A stretch of DNA of 58,729 bases, from contig JBCCHT010000060.1 in assembly GCA_039028615.1 (NCBI GenBank), positions 1-58,729 of the forward strand, read 5' to 3'. Under the pieces are notes generated by a model, which was given only the letters and a program-made list of their open reading frames with translations, was not told where the DNA came from and searched no databases. Positions 1 to 10,192 of the stretch are shown here, in pieces. Every line of letters begins with the position of its first letter. Positions within the stretch are counted from its first letter, which is position 1. This stretch comes from Myxococcota bacterium. GTDB lineage: Bacteria > Myxococcota_A > Polyangia > Nannocystales > Nannocystaceae. The position numbers and the translations under genes were made by a program.

Positions 1-1568
1 TCGGCCAAGGCCGGGCCCTCCGCCTCGACGGCTTTTGCCATCGCCGGATCGACCGGAGCCTCGATCGCCTGTAGACCACGGGCATCCGAGCACTCGGCGA
101 TCGTGGGCAACGACGCCACCGCTTCGACCGCGTGCTCCACGATCGTCTCGTCGGGCTCGGCGAAGCTCTGCGTCAGCGCCTCCACGCGGCCCAAGCGATT
201 GCGCAGGCACGCCATGCGAAGGTCGAGCAGGGCCTCGCTCTGCTCGCCGCGGACATGCGTCGCCTCGCACGTGTCTCGATGCGCCTCGGTCCAGCGCTCT
301 CCCCAGCGATCGAGCGCCCGCTCGACCGACGTCGCCGTGGCATCGCCGTAGACCGAGCTCACCCGCGAGAAGTTGGTGTGCAACGCCGTCGCATCGCCGT
401 CGCTCCACACCTCGGCCAGCGCTTGCTGGGCGTGTACGCAGGGCGCAGGGGCGTCGGGCGAACGATCTTGGCCGACGAAGAACGCCCCCGTGGTCGTGCC
501 CGCCAGCAGCACCGCCCCCGCTCCGAACCCCGCCACCGCACGTCGTCGTCGATCGTGCCGCAGCGCGCGAGCCAGCGCCTGCATGGTGGAGAAGCGATCT
601 TCGGGGCGACGGCTGAGCCCGCGCATCGCCACCGCCATCAGCCACCCCGGACCCAGGCGTCGCTTGGGCGGCTCGATGCTTCCGCTTTGGACCCGCACCA
701 TCAGCTCGGCCATCGACGTCGCGGGAAACGGCACCGTGCCCGCCAGCGCCTCGTACAGCGACGCACATAGCGAATACTGATCGGAGCGCTCGTCGGCGGG
801 CTTGCCCGCCAGCACCTCGGGAGCCATGTACGCGGGTGTACCTGCCCACGAGCTCTCGCTGTGGGCCGCGGTGGTCGCCATGGTGCTCGACCCCTCGGGT
901 CCCGGCACCGACTCCAGCGTCACCGCAGTGGTCGACGCCCGGGCGAGCCCAAAGTCACCGACCCGGGCGCGCCCTTCGGGGCCCACGATCACGTTGTCGG
1001 GCTTGAAATCGCGATGCACCAGACCCACCGCATGGGCCGCAGACAGCCCCGCTGCCGCCTGCAGATAGACCTGCCGCAGCTCGGACCACGATCGGGTCTT
1101 CGCCGCGAGCCAGTGCCGCAGGTTCTGGCCCTCGACCAGCTCCATCGCCACGAATACCGCCTGCCCCACCATGCCCACATCGAACACTCCCACCACGTTG
1201 GGGTGCGAGAGCTTGGCCATCGCCCGGGCCTCCCGGATCAGCCGCTCACGGGCACGCGCGGGATCGTGGTCGGTGTCGGTGCGGACCAGCTTGAGCGCCA
1301 CGCGACGATCGAGCTGCGGGTCGTAGGCGGCATAGACCACCCCCATGCCCCCCGCGCCCAGCGGCTCGAGCACCACGAAGCGCCCAATGGACGCGCCCGG
1401 AGCCATGCGCGAGTTGGCCACCCCGGGAACCTGCGGCGCCGTCAGCTCGAGCACCAGCGCCCGGCAGTCCGCGCAGTCGTCGATGTGGGCATCCGCGCGC
1501 TCGAGGGCGGCGGGTGAAAGCTCGCCGCTGATCAGGGCATCGAGCGTTTCGTCGTCGAGACAGTCCAC
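1..1568 (-). CDS. Ser/Thr protein kinase with N-terminal HxxxCxxC zinc finger and helical/TPR-like C-terminus (3' end runs off the window)
   Basis: Not in the ORF track because it has no stop in the window. Manual translation from GTG 1568 gives MDCLDDETLDALISGELSPAALERADAHIDDCADCRAL, followed by LGAGGMGVVY, VALK, VHRDFKPDNV, DFGLAR and GTPAYMAPE. Confidence 0.9.
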   Translation of the reverse strand, partial: MDCLDDETLDALISGELSPAALERADAHIDDCADCRALVLELTAPQVPGVANSRMAPGASIGRFVVLEPLGAGGMGVVYAAYDPQLDRRVALKLVRTDTDHDPARARERLIREARAMAKLSHPNVVGVFDVGMVGQAVFVAMELVEGQNLRHWLAAKTRSWSELRQVYLQAAAGLSAAHAVGLVHRDFKPDNVIVGPEGRARVGDFGLARASTTAVTLESVPGPEGSSTMATTAAHSESSWAGTPAYMAPEVLAGKPADERSDQYSLCASLYEALAGTVPFPATSMAELMVRVQSGSIEPPKRRLGPGWLMAVAMRGLSRRPEDRFSTMQALARALRHDRRRRAVAGFGAGAVLLAGTTTGAFFVGQDRSPDAPAPCVHAQQALAEVWSDGDATALHTNFSRVSSVYGDATATSVERALDRWGERWTEAHRDTCEATHVRGEQSEALLDLRMACLRNRLGRVEALTQSFAEPDETIVEHAVEAVASLPTIAECSDARGLQAIEAPVDPAMAKAVEAEGPALA

Positions 1569-1749
1569 GCGGGCGCAGCCAATCTACCTCGGATCGACGG
1601 TTCGGCACGTCGTGGCCCCGCGTGCCCGGCATCGACTCGCGAAAACGGCTTCGCGTGGGCGTCCGAAGGGGTTGGGCGCAGCCTAGGCACAAATGCCGTG
1701 GTCGGCCCGCGCCCGCCCCCAGGGGCAACGAGCCCGCCGAAGACGCTCG

Positions 1750-2946
1750 CTACTTGAAGCGAGGCAGGCCGTTGGGCGCATCCTCGGGCCCCGCCGGAAG
1801 GCTCGGATTTTTGTATGGCAAGGGGCCGTTGAACGGCATCGACCAGTGCCCCGCCGGCTGAACCCCGCCGCCCCACTCGTCCATCAGCATCGTGCCGGTC
1901 ATCCACATCGTGATGGGAATCGCGACCTCGCGGCGCGCCGCCACCACCTCGCTGCGGACCGTCGCGTTCTCGAGCGCCTCGATCACGCACAGGTCTCCCA
2001 GCGTATCGACGACCTGACCATCGGCGATCATAGCCTCGCTGATGCTGCCGTCGGGCTCGACGGAAAACGACAGCATCGTCCGCGACACCGCCCCCGGCTG
2101 ACGAGCATGGGCCGCGGCAAAGCACTCCGCGATTTCCGGGCGCGCCGCATCCATGGCGAACGACGCCGCGCGGCGACCTTCTCGGCGGGCGGAGACATCC
2201 CCGTTCGCCCGCGCCAGCCCCCGACGAACCATCGCCCGGGGCCCGTGGTAGACGACCATCTCTGGAGCGCCGAGCCCATTGAGATTGAACGGGTTGTAGA
2301 GCGGATGATTGAGACGACGACGGATCTCGGGATCGTCCACGGAGGGCTGCCGACGCACCACGATCGTGCGGACCTCGTCCGAGTCCTCGTCGTCCGACCA
2401 CGACTCGGCGTCTTCGGGCGCAGCCCGGGGGGCCGTTTCATCGAAGCTTTCGGAGGAGGTTGCCGCCTCGGCGAACGCCACCTCCTCGCCTTCCGCTTCA
2501 GCCCCCGCGCCCACCGCCTCGCTCTGCGCGGGAAGTCGACTCTCTACCTGGTACAGCAGCTCGTAGATGTCACCTCGCTGCTTCGTCGCCGACTCCGAGT
2601 CGCCATGCAGTGACTCGTGTCGCTCGAGGTATCGATCGAGCATGACCTTGGCATCGGTGAGGTACCCCGGGTCGCGCGATGCGTTCCACGACATGAGCTG
2701 CCCGTAGGCCATGCGACACACGAGCTTGTGCCGCAGCTCATCGTACGCGGCAGTCTGCGGCAGCTCGAGCACCGCATGGCGCCACAGCTGGACCGCTTCG
2801 TCATAGGCTCCCGCGGCATAACGCGCTTCGCCGTGACCATAGATCTCGCCCGCGCTCGGCTTGCTCGGCGCGCGAGCCGTCCGACTGCCTCCGGCACACC
2901 CCGCCAACGCCAGCGCCAGTACTGTTCCGATCAACCTCACCATCAT
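1750..2946 (-). CDS. Lipoprotein with TPR-like N-terminal domain and AgmX/PglI (TonB-C-like) C-terminal domain
   Basis: Lipobox LALAGC, helical TPR-like segment, acidic linker, then RPEIAECF...LSFSVEPDGSI...DLCVIEAL, the pattern of myxobacterial TonB-C-like domains. Start could be 2946, 2943 or 2940. Confidence 0.6.
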   Translation of the reverse strand: MMVRLIGTVLALALAGCAGGSRTARAPSKPSAGEIYGHGEARYAAGAYDEAVQLWRHAVLELPQTAAYDELRHKLVCRMAYGQLMSWNASRDPGYLTDAKVMLDRYLERHESLHGDSESATKQRGDIYELLYQVESRLPAQSEAVGAGAEAEGEEVAFAEAATSSESFDETAPRAAPEDAESWSDDEDSDEVRTIVVRRQPSVDDPEIRRRLNHPLYNPFNLNGLGAPEMVVYHGPRAMVRRGLARANGDVSARREGRRAASFAMDAARPEIAECFAAAHARQPGAVSRTMLSFSVEPDGSISEAMIADGQVVDTLGDLCVIEALENATVRSEVVAARREVAIPITMWMTGTMLMDEWGGGVQPAGHWSMPFNGPLPYKNPSLPAGPEDAPNGLPRFK

Positions 2947-3231
2947 CGATCCTAACGGCTGAAGCCGAGCCCGACTACAGGGGGATCCACGCGCCAATCA
3001 CGACTTTATGGCAGGGGAATGCCCTCGATCTCGAGCGCGGCGGCCTTCACTCCGGCGGGGCGACGCCACCGCGGACCGATTTGGCCCAACCCTCGAGGCC
3101 GTGTCCCGACGGCCACTTCAACTCCAAGCAAGTCTGCCTCCGATCGGGCAGGACCCACGCCACCGTTCGAACGGGAAGCCGAGTGCAGGGAGGGCTGAAG
3201 CGTTTCGAGCCCCACCAAACCATGCGACCAA

Positions 3232-4200
3232 TCAGAGCACGTGACACCGCACCCGGTGCTCCGCCCCCACGCGTCGAATCTCCGGCATCGCCTCCCGGCA
3301 AGCCGAAATCGCGCGATCGCACCGATCGACGAACGGACACCCGGGCGGTGGATCCACCGTAACCGGAGCCCCACCCGCCCGCCGATCGTCGTCTTCATCC
3401 GCCGCCCCGAGCGGCCGATCCGGCTGCGGCAACGACTCGAGCAACAGCTTCGTGTACGGGTGCGCCGCCCCATCGAGCACCGACCGCGTCGGCCCTTCCT
3501 CGACGATCCGCCCCGCGTACATCACCGCAATGCGCTTGGCGAAGTACCGCGCCGCCCCCAGGTCATGGGTGATGAGCACGTACGCGGTGTCGTTGTCCTC
3601 CGCATGGCTCCGCAGCAGATCGAGCACCCCGATGCGAATCGAGACGTCGAGCATGCTGGTCGGCTCATCCGCCACGACCAGCTCCGGCTGCAAGGCGAGC
3701 GCCCGAGCAATGGCCACGCGCTGACGCTGCCCCCCCGACATCTCGTGCGGGCGCCGCTCGGCGAACGTGGCGGGGTTGAGCTCGACCTGCTCGAGCAGCG
3801 CATGCACCCGGGGGATCACGTCTTCGGTGGTCGCGAGACCGTGGCGTAGCAGCGGGCGCGCGATGTGGTGGGCGACGGTGTGGATCGGGTTGAGCGAGCC
3901 GAAGGGATCCTGGAAGACCAGCTGCACCCGGCGGCGATAGGAGAGCGGAGCCCGGCGCCGGGTGTCGATGAGCTCGTCGCCGAGCTTGATCGTCCCCGAG
4001 GTGGGATCGAGCAAGCGGGCGATGATCTTGGCGACGGTGCTCTTGCCGCTGCCGGACTCGCCGACCAGAGCGATGGTCTCGCCGCGGGAGACGTCGAGCG
4101 AGACGTTGGACAGCGCGTGCAGGGTCTTGGTCCGCGAGAAGAACCCGTCACTGACGGGAAAGGTGCGGCAGACGTCGGTGAGCGAGAGCAGCGGGTTCAT
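3232..4200 (-). CDS. Peptide/oligosaccharide ABC transporter ATP-binding subunit (OppF/DppF-like)
   Basis: GESGSGKS, MSGGQRQR, VADEPT, HPYT and C-terminal GCPF..RC..C..CH. ATG at 4200 overlaps the upstream stop. Confidence 0.93.
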   Translation of the reverse strand: MNPLLSLTDVCRTFPVSDGFFSRTKTLHALSNVSLDVSRGETIALVGESGSGKSTVAKIIARLLDPTSGTIKLGDELIDTRRRAPLSYRRRVQLVFQDPFGSLNPIHTVAHHIARPLLRHGLATTEDVIPRVHALLEQVELNPATFAERRPHEMSGGQRQRVAIARALALQPELVVADEPTSMLDVSIRIGVLDLLRSHAEDNDTAYVLITHDLGAARYFAKRIAVMYAGRIVEEGPTRSVLDGAAHPYTKLLLESLPQPDRPLGAADEDDDRRAGGAPVTVDPPPGCPFVDRCDRAISACREAMPEIRRVGAEHRVRCHVL

Positions 4201-5159
4201 GAGACCACCGGGCAGGCGACGCGGTGCTCCGCGGCGGTTGTCGGCAAGCGGGGGACCGAACGGCGGCAATCATCGACGGCGCGATCGCAGCGCGGGGCAA
4301 AGGCACACCCGGGCGGCAAATGCAGCAGGTCGGGGGGCGTGCCGGGAATGGGGCGAGGGGAGCCGCCGCTGCTGTCGTGGGCGAGCCGCGAGCCAAGCAA
4401 CCCGCGGGTGTAGGGGTGCTGCGGCGCGCGAGCGATCTGCGAGGCGGGGCCCATCTCGACGAGACGACCCGCGTACAAGATGCCGACCCGCGCGCAGAGC
4501 TGAAGCATGAGCGACAAGTCGTGGGTGATGAACAGGACGGAGAAGCCACGCTCCTGCTGCAAGGCCACGACCCGCTGCAAGATGGCCTTCTGCACCACGA
4601 CGTCGAGGGCGGTGGTGGGCTCGTCCATGATGATGAGCCGCGGAGAAAGAGCCAGAGCGAGCGCGATGCCGACGCGTTGGCGCTGGCCCCCCGAAAGCTC
4701 GTGTGGATAGGCGGACAGGCGACGCGCCCCCACGCCGACCAGGTCGAGCAGCTCCCCCGCCCGCGTGGTGGCCTTGGCGTTGCGACCTTCGTGGGCCTCG
4801 ATGACGTCTTCGATCTGCGCCCCGATGGTCATCACCGGGTTCAGCGAGCTCATGGCGCTCTGGCTCACCCACGAGACCTCGCGCCAGCGCAGACGCTGGA
4901 GCTCGCGCTCGGACATCGCGAGCACGTCCTGGCCGGCGATGCGGACGTCGCCGCCGATGATGGCCCCGGGCGCGGGCAGGACCCGCAAGATCGATCGAAT
5001 GAGGGTGGACTTGCCGCAGCCCGACTCTCCCGCGAGCCCGACGATCTCTCCGGGCGCGATGGTCAGCGAGACCTCGTCGACGGCCGGGACGGCACCACGC
5101 CCGGTCAAGTAGGCGACACTGAGGCGCTCGACCTCGAGTACGGGTTCGTCGTCCATCAT
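4197..5159 (-). CDS. Peptide/oligosaccharide ABC transporter ATP-binding subunit (OppD/DppD-like)
   Basis: GESGCGKS, LSGGQRQR, IMDEPTTALD, HPYT, GCAFAPRC. ATG at 5159 overlaps the upstream stop. Confidence 0.93.
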   Translation of the reverse strand: MMDDEPVLEVERLSVAYLTGRGAVPAVDEVSLTIAPGEIVGLAGESGCGKSTLIRSILRVLPAPGAIIGGDVRIAGQDVLAMSERELQRLRWREVSWVSQSAMSSLNPVMTIGAQIEDVIEAHEGRNAKATTRAGELLDLVGVGARRLSAYPHELSGGQRQRVGIALALALSPRLIIMDEPTTALDVVVQKAILQRVVALQQERGFSVLFITHDLSLMLQLCARVGILYAGRLVEMGPASQIARAPQHPYTRGLLGSRLAHDSSGGSPRPIPGTPPDLLHLPPGCAFAPRCDRAVDDCRRSVPRLPTTAAEHRVACPVVS

Positions 5160-6052
5160 CGCTTCCCCTTGAGCACGACGGTGGCATGGCCCGCCTCGAC
5201 GCCGGCCCGCTCGAGCGCGCGTTCGTAGGCGGGCTGGGCGGCGAGCCGCGGGTTGCCGATCTCGTCGATGGCGTGATTGACCAAGGCCATGGCGAAGCCG
5301 ACGAGAGCGACGCAGGCCCCGGTGGGAACGAAGGTCCACCACGAGCCGGTCAGCAGCGCCGCGTCGTTGCTCGCCCAATAGAGGTTGGTGCCCCAGGTGA
5401 TCTGCGAGACGTCGCCGAGACCGAGGAACTCGAGGCCGACCTGCGCCCCGATGGCGTAGACGGTGGCGCCGATGAAGGCGGAGGCGACCAAAGGCAGCAG
5501 GTTGGGGAGGATCTCGATGACGATGATCCGCAGGTGCCCCTCGCCCGAGACGATGGAGGCGGCCACGAAGTCCTGCTTGCGCAAGGCGAGCGCCTGCGAA
5601 CGGATGACGCGCGCGCTCCAGGCCCAGCCGGTCAGGATGAGCACGAAGGCGATGGTGACGGGCCCGGGCGGCAGATAGGCCGCGATGACGACCATCAGCG
5701 GCAGGCCGGGCATGACCAAAAAGACGTTGATGACCAGGTGCAGCGCGCCGTCGATGCGCCCGCCGAAGTAGCCCGCGGCGGTGCCGATGAACGCCCCGAT
5801 GGCGACGACGGCGATGCCGACGATGAAGCCGACGGCGAGGGTGGGCCGAGCCCCCGCCACGGTCTGGGCGAGCACGTCTTGGCCCTGACCGTTGGTGCCC
5901 AGCCAGTGTGCGGCCGAGGGCGGCTCGAGCGGCGAGCCGACGTAAGCGGTGGCGTCCCCGACCATGATCGGACCCACCAGCGCCATGGCGGCGAAGATGG
6001 CCAGGATGACCAGCCCGAGCAGGGCGTTGCGGTTGCCGAGGATCGCGTTCAT
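5156..6052 (-). CDS. ABC transporter permease (OppC-like)
   Basis: HWLGTNGQGQDV, multiple TM helices, EAA-type loop DFVAASIVSGE, LEFLGLG. ATG at 6052. Confidence 0.92.
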   Translation of the reverse strand: MNAILGNRNALLGLVILAIFAAMALVGPIMVGDATAYVGSPLEPPSAAHWLGTNGQGQDVLAQTVAGARPTLAVGFIVGIAVVAIGAFIGTAAGYFGGRIDGALHLVINVFLVMPGLPLMVVIAAYLPPGPVTIAFVLILTGWAWSARVIRSQALALRKQDFVAASIVSGEGHLRIIVIEILPNLLPLVASAFIGATVYAIGAQVGLEFLGLGDVSQITWGTNLYWASNDAALLTGSWWTFVPTGACVALVGFAMALVNHAIDEIGNPRLAAQPAYERALERAGVEAGHATVVLKGKR

Positions 6053-7023
6053 TTGCGGGTCCTCGGGTCGAGCCAGGCGTAGGCGATGTCGACCAGCCAG
6101 TTCGCGCCCAGCACCGACAGGGTGATGGTGAGGAACAAGCCCTGGAGCAGCGGGTAATCGAGGCTGCGCACGGCCTGGATGAGCAGGTAGCCCTGCCCCG
6201 GATAGGCGAAGACGATCTCGGTGAGCAGCGACCCCGAGAGCACGAAGCCCAGCGCCATACCGAAGCCGGTGACGTTGGGCAGCAAGGCGTTGCGGGCGGC
6301 GTAGCGGAACATGACGCGCCGCGAGGACAGGCCCTTGGCGTGCGCGAGCGCGACGTACTCTTCCCCGAGCACGCCGGTCATCACGTTGCGCATGGAGAGC
6401 ATCCAGCCGCCCAGCGTGGCCAGCACGATGGTGGCGGCGGGCAGGATGGCGTGGAACGTGGCGGAGCCGATGAACTCGAGGGACAGCTCGGGGCTGAGGT
6501 GCGGCGCGTGAGCGTGGCGCACGGGCAGCAGGTCCCACGAAAAGCCGAACAGGAACAGCGCGGCCATGGCCAGCCAGAAGTAGGGGAAGGCCCCCAGCAG
6601 CACCAGCATGGGCGGGACGATGGTGTCGAGCCGCCCGCCGCGTTTCCACGCGGCCACGATGCCGAGCAAGGTGCCGACCACGAAGCTGAAGATCACCGCC
6701 GTCCCGGCGAGCACGATCGTCCAGATCATGGCGGAGCCGATCACCGAGGTGACCGGCGTCGGGAAGTAGGCCACGGAGATCCCGAGGTCTCCGGTGAGCA
6801 CATGCCCGATGTAGTCGAAGTACTGTTCCCACCAGGGCGCATCGGAGAAGCCGAGCGCCGCGGACATGGCCTCGAGAGCGGACGGGTCGAGCTTGCCGCG
6901 GAAGCGCGCCAGCAAGGTCGAAGCGGGGTCGCCGGGTAGAAGCCGCGGGATGGCGAAGGCCAGGGTGATCGATACCCACGCCGCCATCAGGTACAGGGCG
7001 CCTCGCCGAAGAATGAACCTCAT
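6049..7023 (-). CDS. ABC transporter permease (OppB-like)
   Basis: LPGDPA, GDLGIS, EEYVALAHAKGL, EIVFAYPGQG, LDPR. ATG at 7023. Confidence 0.92.
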   Translation of the reverse strand: MRFILRRGALYLMAAWVSITLAFAIPRLLPGDPASTLLARFRGKLDPSALEAMSAALGFSDAPWWEQYFDYIGHVLTGDLGISVAYFPTPVTSVIGSAMIWTIVLAGTAVIFSFVVGTLLGIVAAWKRGGRLDTIVPPMLVLLGAFPYFWLAMAALFLFGFSWDLLPVRHAHAPHLSPELSLEFIGSATFHAILPAATIVLATLGGWMLSMRNVMTGVLGEEYVALAHAKGLSSRRVMFRYAARNALLPNVTGFGMALGFVLSGSLLTEIVFAYPGQGYLLIQAVRSLDYPLLQGLFLTITLSVLGANWLVDIAYAWLDPRTRK

Positions 7024-8681
7024 CGCGGCTCCAGTCGGGTGAGCACCATCAAGGTCTGGGGATACAGGTTGGGCGAGCCGGGCGCGTAGGGGTCCTCGGC
7101 GGTGGGAAAGCCGGTGAAACGCGAGGTGTTGTACTCGGACCACAGCGGACCGAGGAACAGCGGGATCGCGGGGGCCTGCTCGACGAAGACCCGCTGGAGC
7201 GTCTCGTAGGCGGCCTTGCGCTTGTCGGGATCGATGCTCTGCTCGAGGACCTTCAGCGCGTCGTCGGCCTCGCTCGAGCCGAAGCGATGCCAATTGTCGG
7301 CGGCCGAGTCTCCGAGCGGACGCACCGTCTCGGTGGACATCAACGCCCGATAGAAACCGTAGGGCTCGGGCCAGGAATCGGTCCAGCCCATGGAGATGTC
7401 GAACTCACCCTTTTGCAGGCGCTCGTACCAGGCGGTGAGGTCGTTGGCCTCGACCTTGACGGTGAGCCCGACCTCTCGCAGGCCACGGGCGATGACCTGG
7501 GTGGCGCGCACCCAGTCGGAGAAGCCCGCGGGGACGCCGAGTCGGATCTCGAGCGGCTCGCCGTCGGGGCCGCGCCGCAGGCCGTCGGGGCCCAAGGGCA
7601 AGCCGGCGGCATCCAGCAGCGCCGCAGCGGCCTCGGGATCGTGGCGGGTCCAGTCCTCGCCGCTCGGCTCGATGCGCATGGACGCGAACGCGTCGGACAG
7701 CCCCGTGGGATCGGCCGGTCGCGTGGTGTCGTGCATGGCGATGCGCACGACCAGCTCGCGATCGATGGCCATGCTCAGCGCCTTGCGGGCCCGCACGTCG
7801 TCCCACGGTGCCTTCTGGGTGTTGGTGTAGAGCATCACCGTGCCGCCCAGCAGCGGGAACCAGTACTCGTGATGCTCGGGATCGCGACCGACGAAGGTCC
7901 GATCGATGGCGGGGACGAAGTAGCCCGCCCAGTCCAGCTCCCCCCGGACCAACGCGAGGTTGGCCTGGTCGTTGGCGGCGAAGGCAAAGAACTCGAGCGC
8001 GGTGACCCCCGGCTGACCCTGCCAGTAGTGCGGGTTCCGATCGACGCGATAGGCCTGGGTGGAAAACCGCGTGACCTCGGTGAAGGGGCCGGTGCCGACC
8101 GGCTCGGGGTTGGTGAACGCGACAGGGTCGTCGACCTCGCTCCAGATGTGCTCGGGCACGATCGATTGCTGCGCGAGCATGGACAGCCCGGGCACGAAGG
8201 GCCGGCGCAGATCCATGACCACGGCGTCGCCCTCGGCCTTCACCGACTCGATGATCTCCCACACCGCCCGCGAGTCGAGGGCCGGATTGTCGCGCATGAG
8301 CTCGAAGGTGAACACGACGTCGTCGGCAGAGAACGCCTCGCCGTCGGACCAGCGCACGTCGGGCCGAATGTCGAAGCGCACCGAGAGCAGGTCGTCGCCC
8401 CACTCGTAGCCGGTGGCGAGCCACGGCTCGTAGCGCCCCGCCAACGAGTTGTGGATCATCATCGGCTCGTACATCGCGTGCTGAGCCGGCCACCGCACGT
8501 CGCCCGCGACGAGCAGCGGGTTGAAGTTACGAACGAAGGACGCGGACTGCTCGCGCTCGGTCACCCGAAGCACGCCGGGCTCGGCCCCTCTCGGTCCCGC
8601 CCCGCAGCCGACGAGGGCAGCGAGGCCGAACGAGACGGCCGTGGGCTTCCCCCATCGCCCGCAGATCACCCGGTGTCCCAT
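7020..8681 (-). CDS. ABC transporter substrate-binding lipoprotein, family 5, oligosaccharide (chitobiose/cellobiose)-binding type
   Basis: Lipobox LVGC; FVRNFNP, YEP, WSDGEAFSADDVVFTF, IVPEHIWSEVDDPVAFTNPEPVGTGPF. From memory this closely resembles the Vibrio chito-oligosaccharide-binding protein and Thermotoga cellobiose-binding subfamily. Confidence 0.88.
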   Translation of the reverse strand: MGHRVICGRWGKPTAVSFGLAALVGCGAGPRGAEPGVLRVTEREQSASFVRNFNPLLVAGDVRWPAQHAMYEPMMIHNSLAGRYEPWLATGYEWGDDLLSVRFDIRPDVRWSDGEAFSADDVVFTFELMRDNPALDSRAVWEIIESVKAEGDAVVMDLRRPFVPGLSMLAQQSIVPEHIWSEVDDPVAFTNPEPVGTGPFTEVTRFSTQAYRVDRNPHYWQGQPGVTALEFFAFAANDQANLALVRGELDWAGYFVPAIDRTFVGRDPEHHEYWFPLLGGTVMLYTNTQKAPWDDVRARKALSMAIDRELVVRIAMHDTTRPADPTGLSDAFASMRIEPSGEDWTRHDPEAAAALLDAAGLPLGPDGLRRGPDGEPLEIRLGVPAGFSDWVRATQVIARGLREVGLTVKVEANDLTAWYERLQKGEFDISMGWTDSWPEPYGFYRALMSTETVRPLGDSAADNWHRFGSSEADDALKVLEQSIDPDKRKAAYETLQRVFVEQAPAIPLFLGPLWSEYNTSRFTGFPTAEDPYAPGSPNLYPQTLMVLTRLEPR

Positions 8682-8701
8682 GAGTTTCGATGATAACGCG
8701 A

Positions 8702-10045
8702 TCACCCGACCGGATTGGTCGCTGCATTCAGTGCAAACCCGGTCATGTCCGAGTAGGTGTAGGCCCCGTTGAGGCCGGTGAAGGTCTCGAAGTCCCCGGT
8801 CGACGGGTTGACGCGGTAGGCATCCGTCCCCTGCGAGCCGCCGCCCCAGACCCCCGAGACGCCCCACACCAGACCGTCGAAGTCGATGCTCACCCCGTGC
8901 ACGTGGCCGGGCAGCTCGTAGAGCGCGACGCCTTCGAGCGTGTCGGCGTTGACGCCGGCGATGCCGTAGGCTTCCTCCCCGATCCTCGCCGGGACCCAGA
9001 TGATGTCGTTGGCGTCGACCATGCATCCCCCGGGCTCGAACTCGGTGAGGTCGGCGAGCCCGACTTCGGTGTGGTAGCGCGCCTCCCAGGTCTCGGTGGC
9101 GGGATCGAAGCGCGCCACGTTGACCTCGCAGGTCCACACCCTCCCCTTGCGATCGACGGTGATGCCGTACGACCAGTCCGGCTTCAGCCACTGCCGATCG
9201 GTGAAGTCGGTGCGGCTGACTCGGATGATGTTGGCGGGGTGACCCAGCGACGAGAACCAGAAGTTGCCCTCGGCATCGACCGCGCCGCCGTAGGCCCGGT
9301 ACGGGAAGCCCATCGGGCCCTGCTCGGATAGGTTGACGGTGACGAGATCTTCGACCGTGCCGTCGTCGCCGTTCATCAGCATGATGTCGACGACGGGAGC
9401 GTCCCCCGGGTTGTCCCCCGACACCCAGATCTTCTCGTTGGTGACCCCGCCCTCGGGGTTGTTGTCGCCGCCCGTCCACGCGATGGCGCGCTGGCTCTGG
9501 TACTCCATCGGCGTGTACCAGGCGACGCACTCGTCGGGCCACGCCTTGACGTCTTCGGGTCCGGTGGACGTGTCGATGGTTCCGTTGCCATCGAGATCCT
9601 GGCAGTCATCGAGCGCGCCGTAGATCTTGACGACGCCACCCGCTCGGTTGGCCACGGCGACGTTGCCCGTGAGGCTCACCGACGTGCGCGAGGGGTCCCC
9701 CGCCCCGTCTTCGCGAGTGAGGTAGCGGCCCTCTTCCTCGAGCGTCTCGGTGTTGATCTTCGAGACCGTGCCCTCGGCGGAGTTGGCGATCCAGATGTAC
9801 CCCACTGCGCCGAGCGGACCGCCGTTGTTGCCCGAGTCGAGCTTGGGACCCGTGCCCCCCATGGTGTCGTCGGCGTCTTCACCTTCGGTCTCCCCCTCGG
9901 TGGCTGTGATGCCGTCTCCTGGAGCCGTAATTCCGGTCCCCATTCCGGTGGATTCGTTCCCCCGAACGTCATCACCACACGCCCCCAGGGGCGAGAGCAC
10001 TGCCAACACGGAAACGACTTGCCACGAGCGGAATGAGTGTCCCAT
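8702..10045 (-). CDS. Vgb-like beta-propeller lipoprotein
   Basis: Lipobox LGAC, acidic G/T linker, IWIANSAEGTVSKINT, DPSRTSV, C-terminal YTYSDMTG. Alternative start at 10060. Ends 20 bp before the SBP start. Confidence 0.7.
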   Translation of the reverse strand: MGHSFRSWQVVSVLAVLSPLGACGDDVRGNESTGMGTGITAPGDGITATEGETEGEDADDTMGGTGPKLDSGNNGGPLGAVGYIWIANSAEGTVSKINTETLEEEGRYLTREDGAGDPSRTSVSLTGNVAVANRAGGVVKIYGALDDCQDLDGNGTIDTSTGPEDVKAWPDECVAWYTPMEYQSQRAIAWTGGDNNPEGGVTNEKIWVSGDNPGDAPVVDIMLMNGDDGTVEDLVTVNLSEQGPMGFPYRAYGGAVDAEGNFWFSSLGHPANIIRVSRTDFTDRQWLKPDWSYGITVDRKGRVWTCEVNVARFDPATETWEARYHTEVGLADLTEFEPGGCMVDANDIIWVPARIGEEAYGIAGVNADTLEGVALYELPGHVHGVSIDFDGLVWGVSGVWGGGSQGTDAYRVNPSTGDFETFTGLNGAYTYSDMTGFALNAATNPVG

Positions 10046-10192
10046 CGAACAACGGTCCATCAGCGAGTATCGACCCTATCACCCGCCTCTTTGGGGGACG
10101 CGTACGTTTCCTATCAATGGGATGGACGATTCCATGACACGCCATTGAGTCCCTTGCCGCGGGGGTAAACCGCGGCGTAGGTTGGTCTCGCG

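Noticed and set aside
2950..3231. ncRNA or small gene in the 280-bp gap
   Set aside because: Only short GC hairpins and no recognisable RNA family or convincing ORF.
8702..10045. Virginiamycin B lyase antibiotic resistance gene
   Set aside because: Only a Vgb-like propeller pattern in a lipoprotein of a type common in myxobacteria; no evidence for lyase function.
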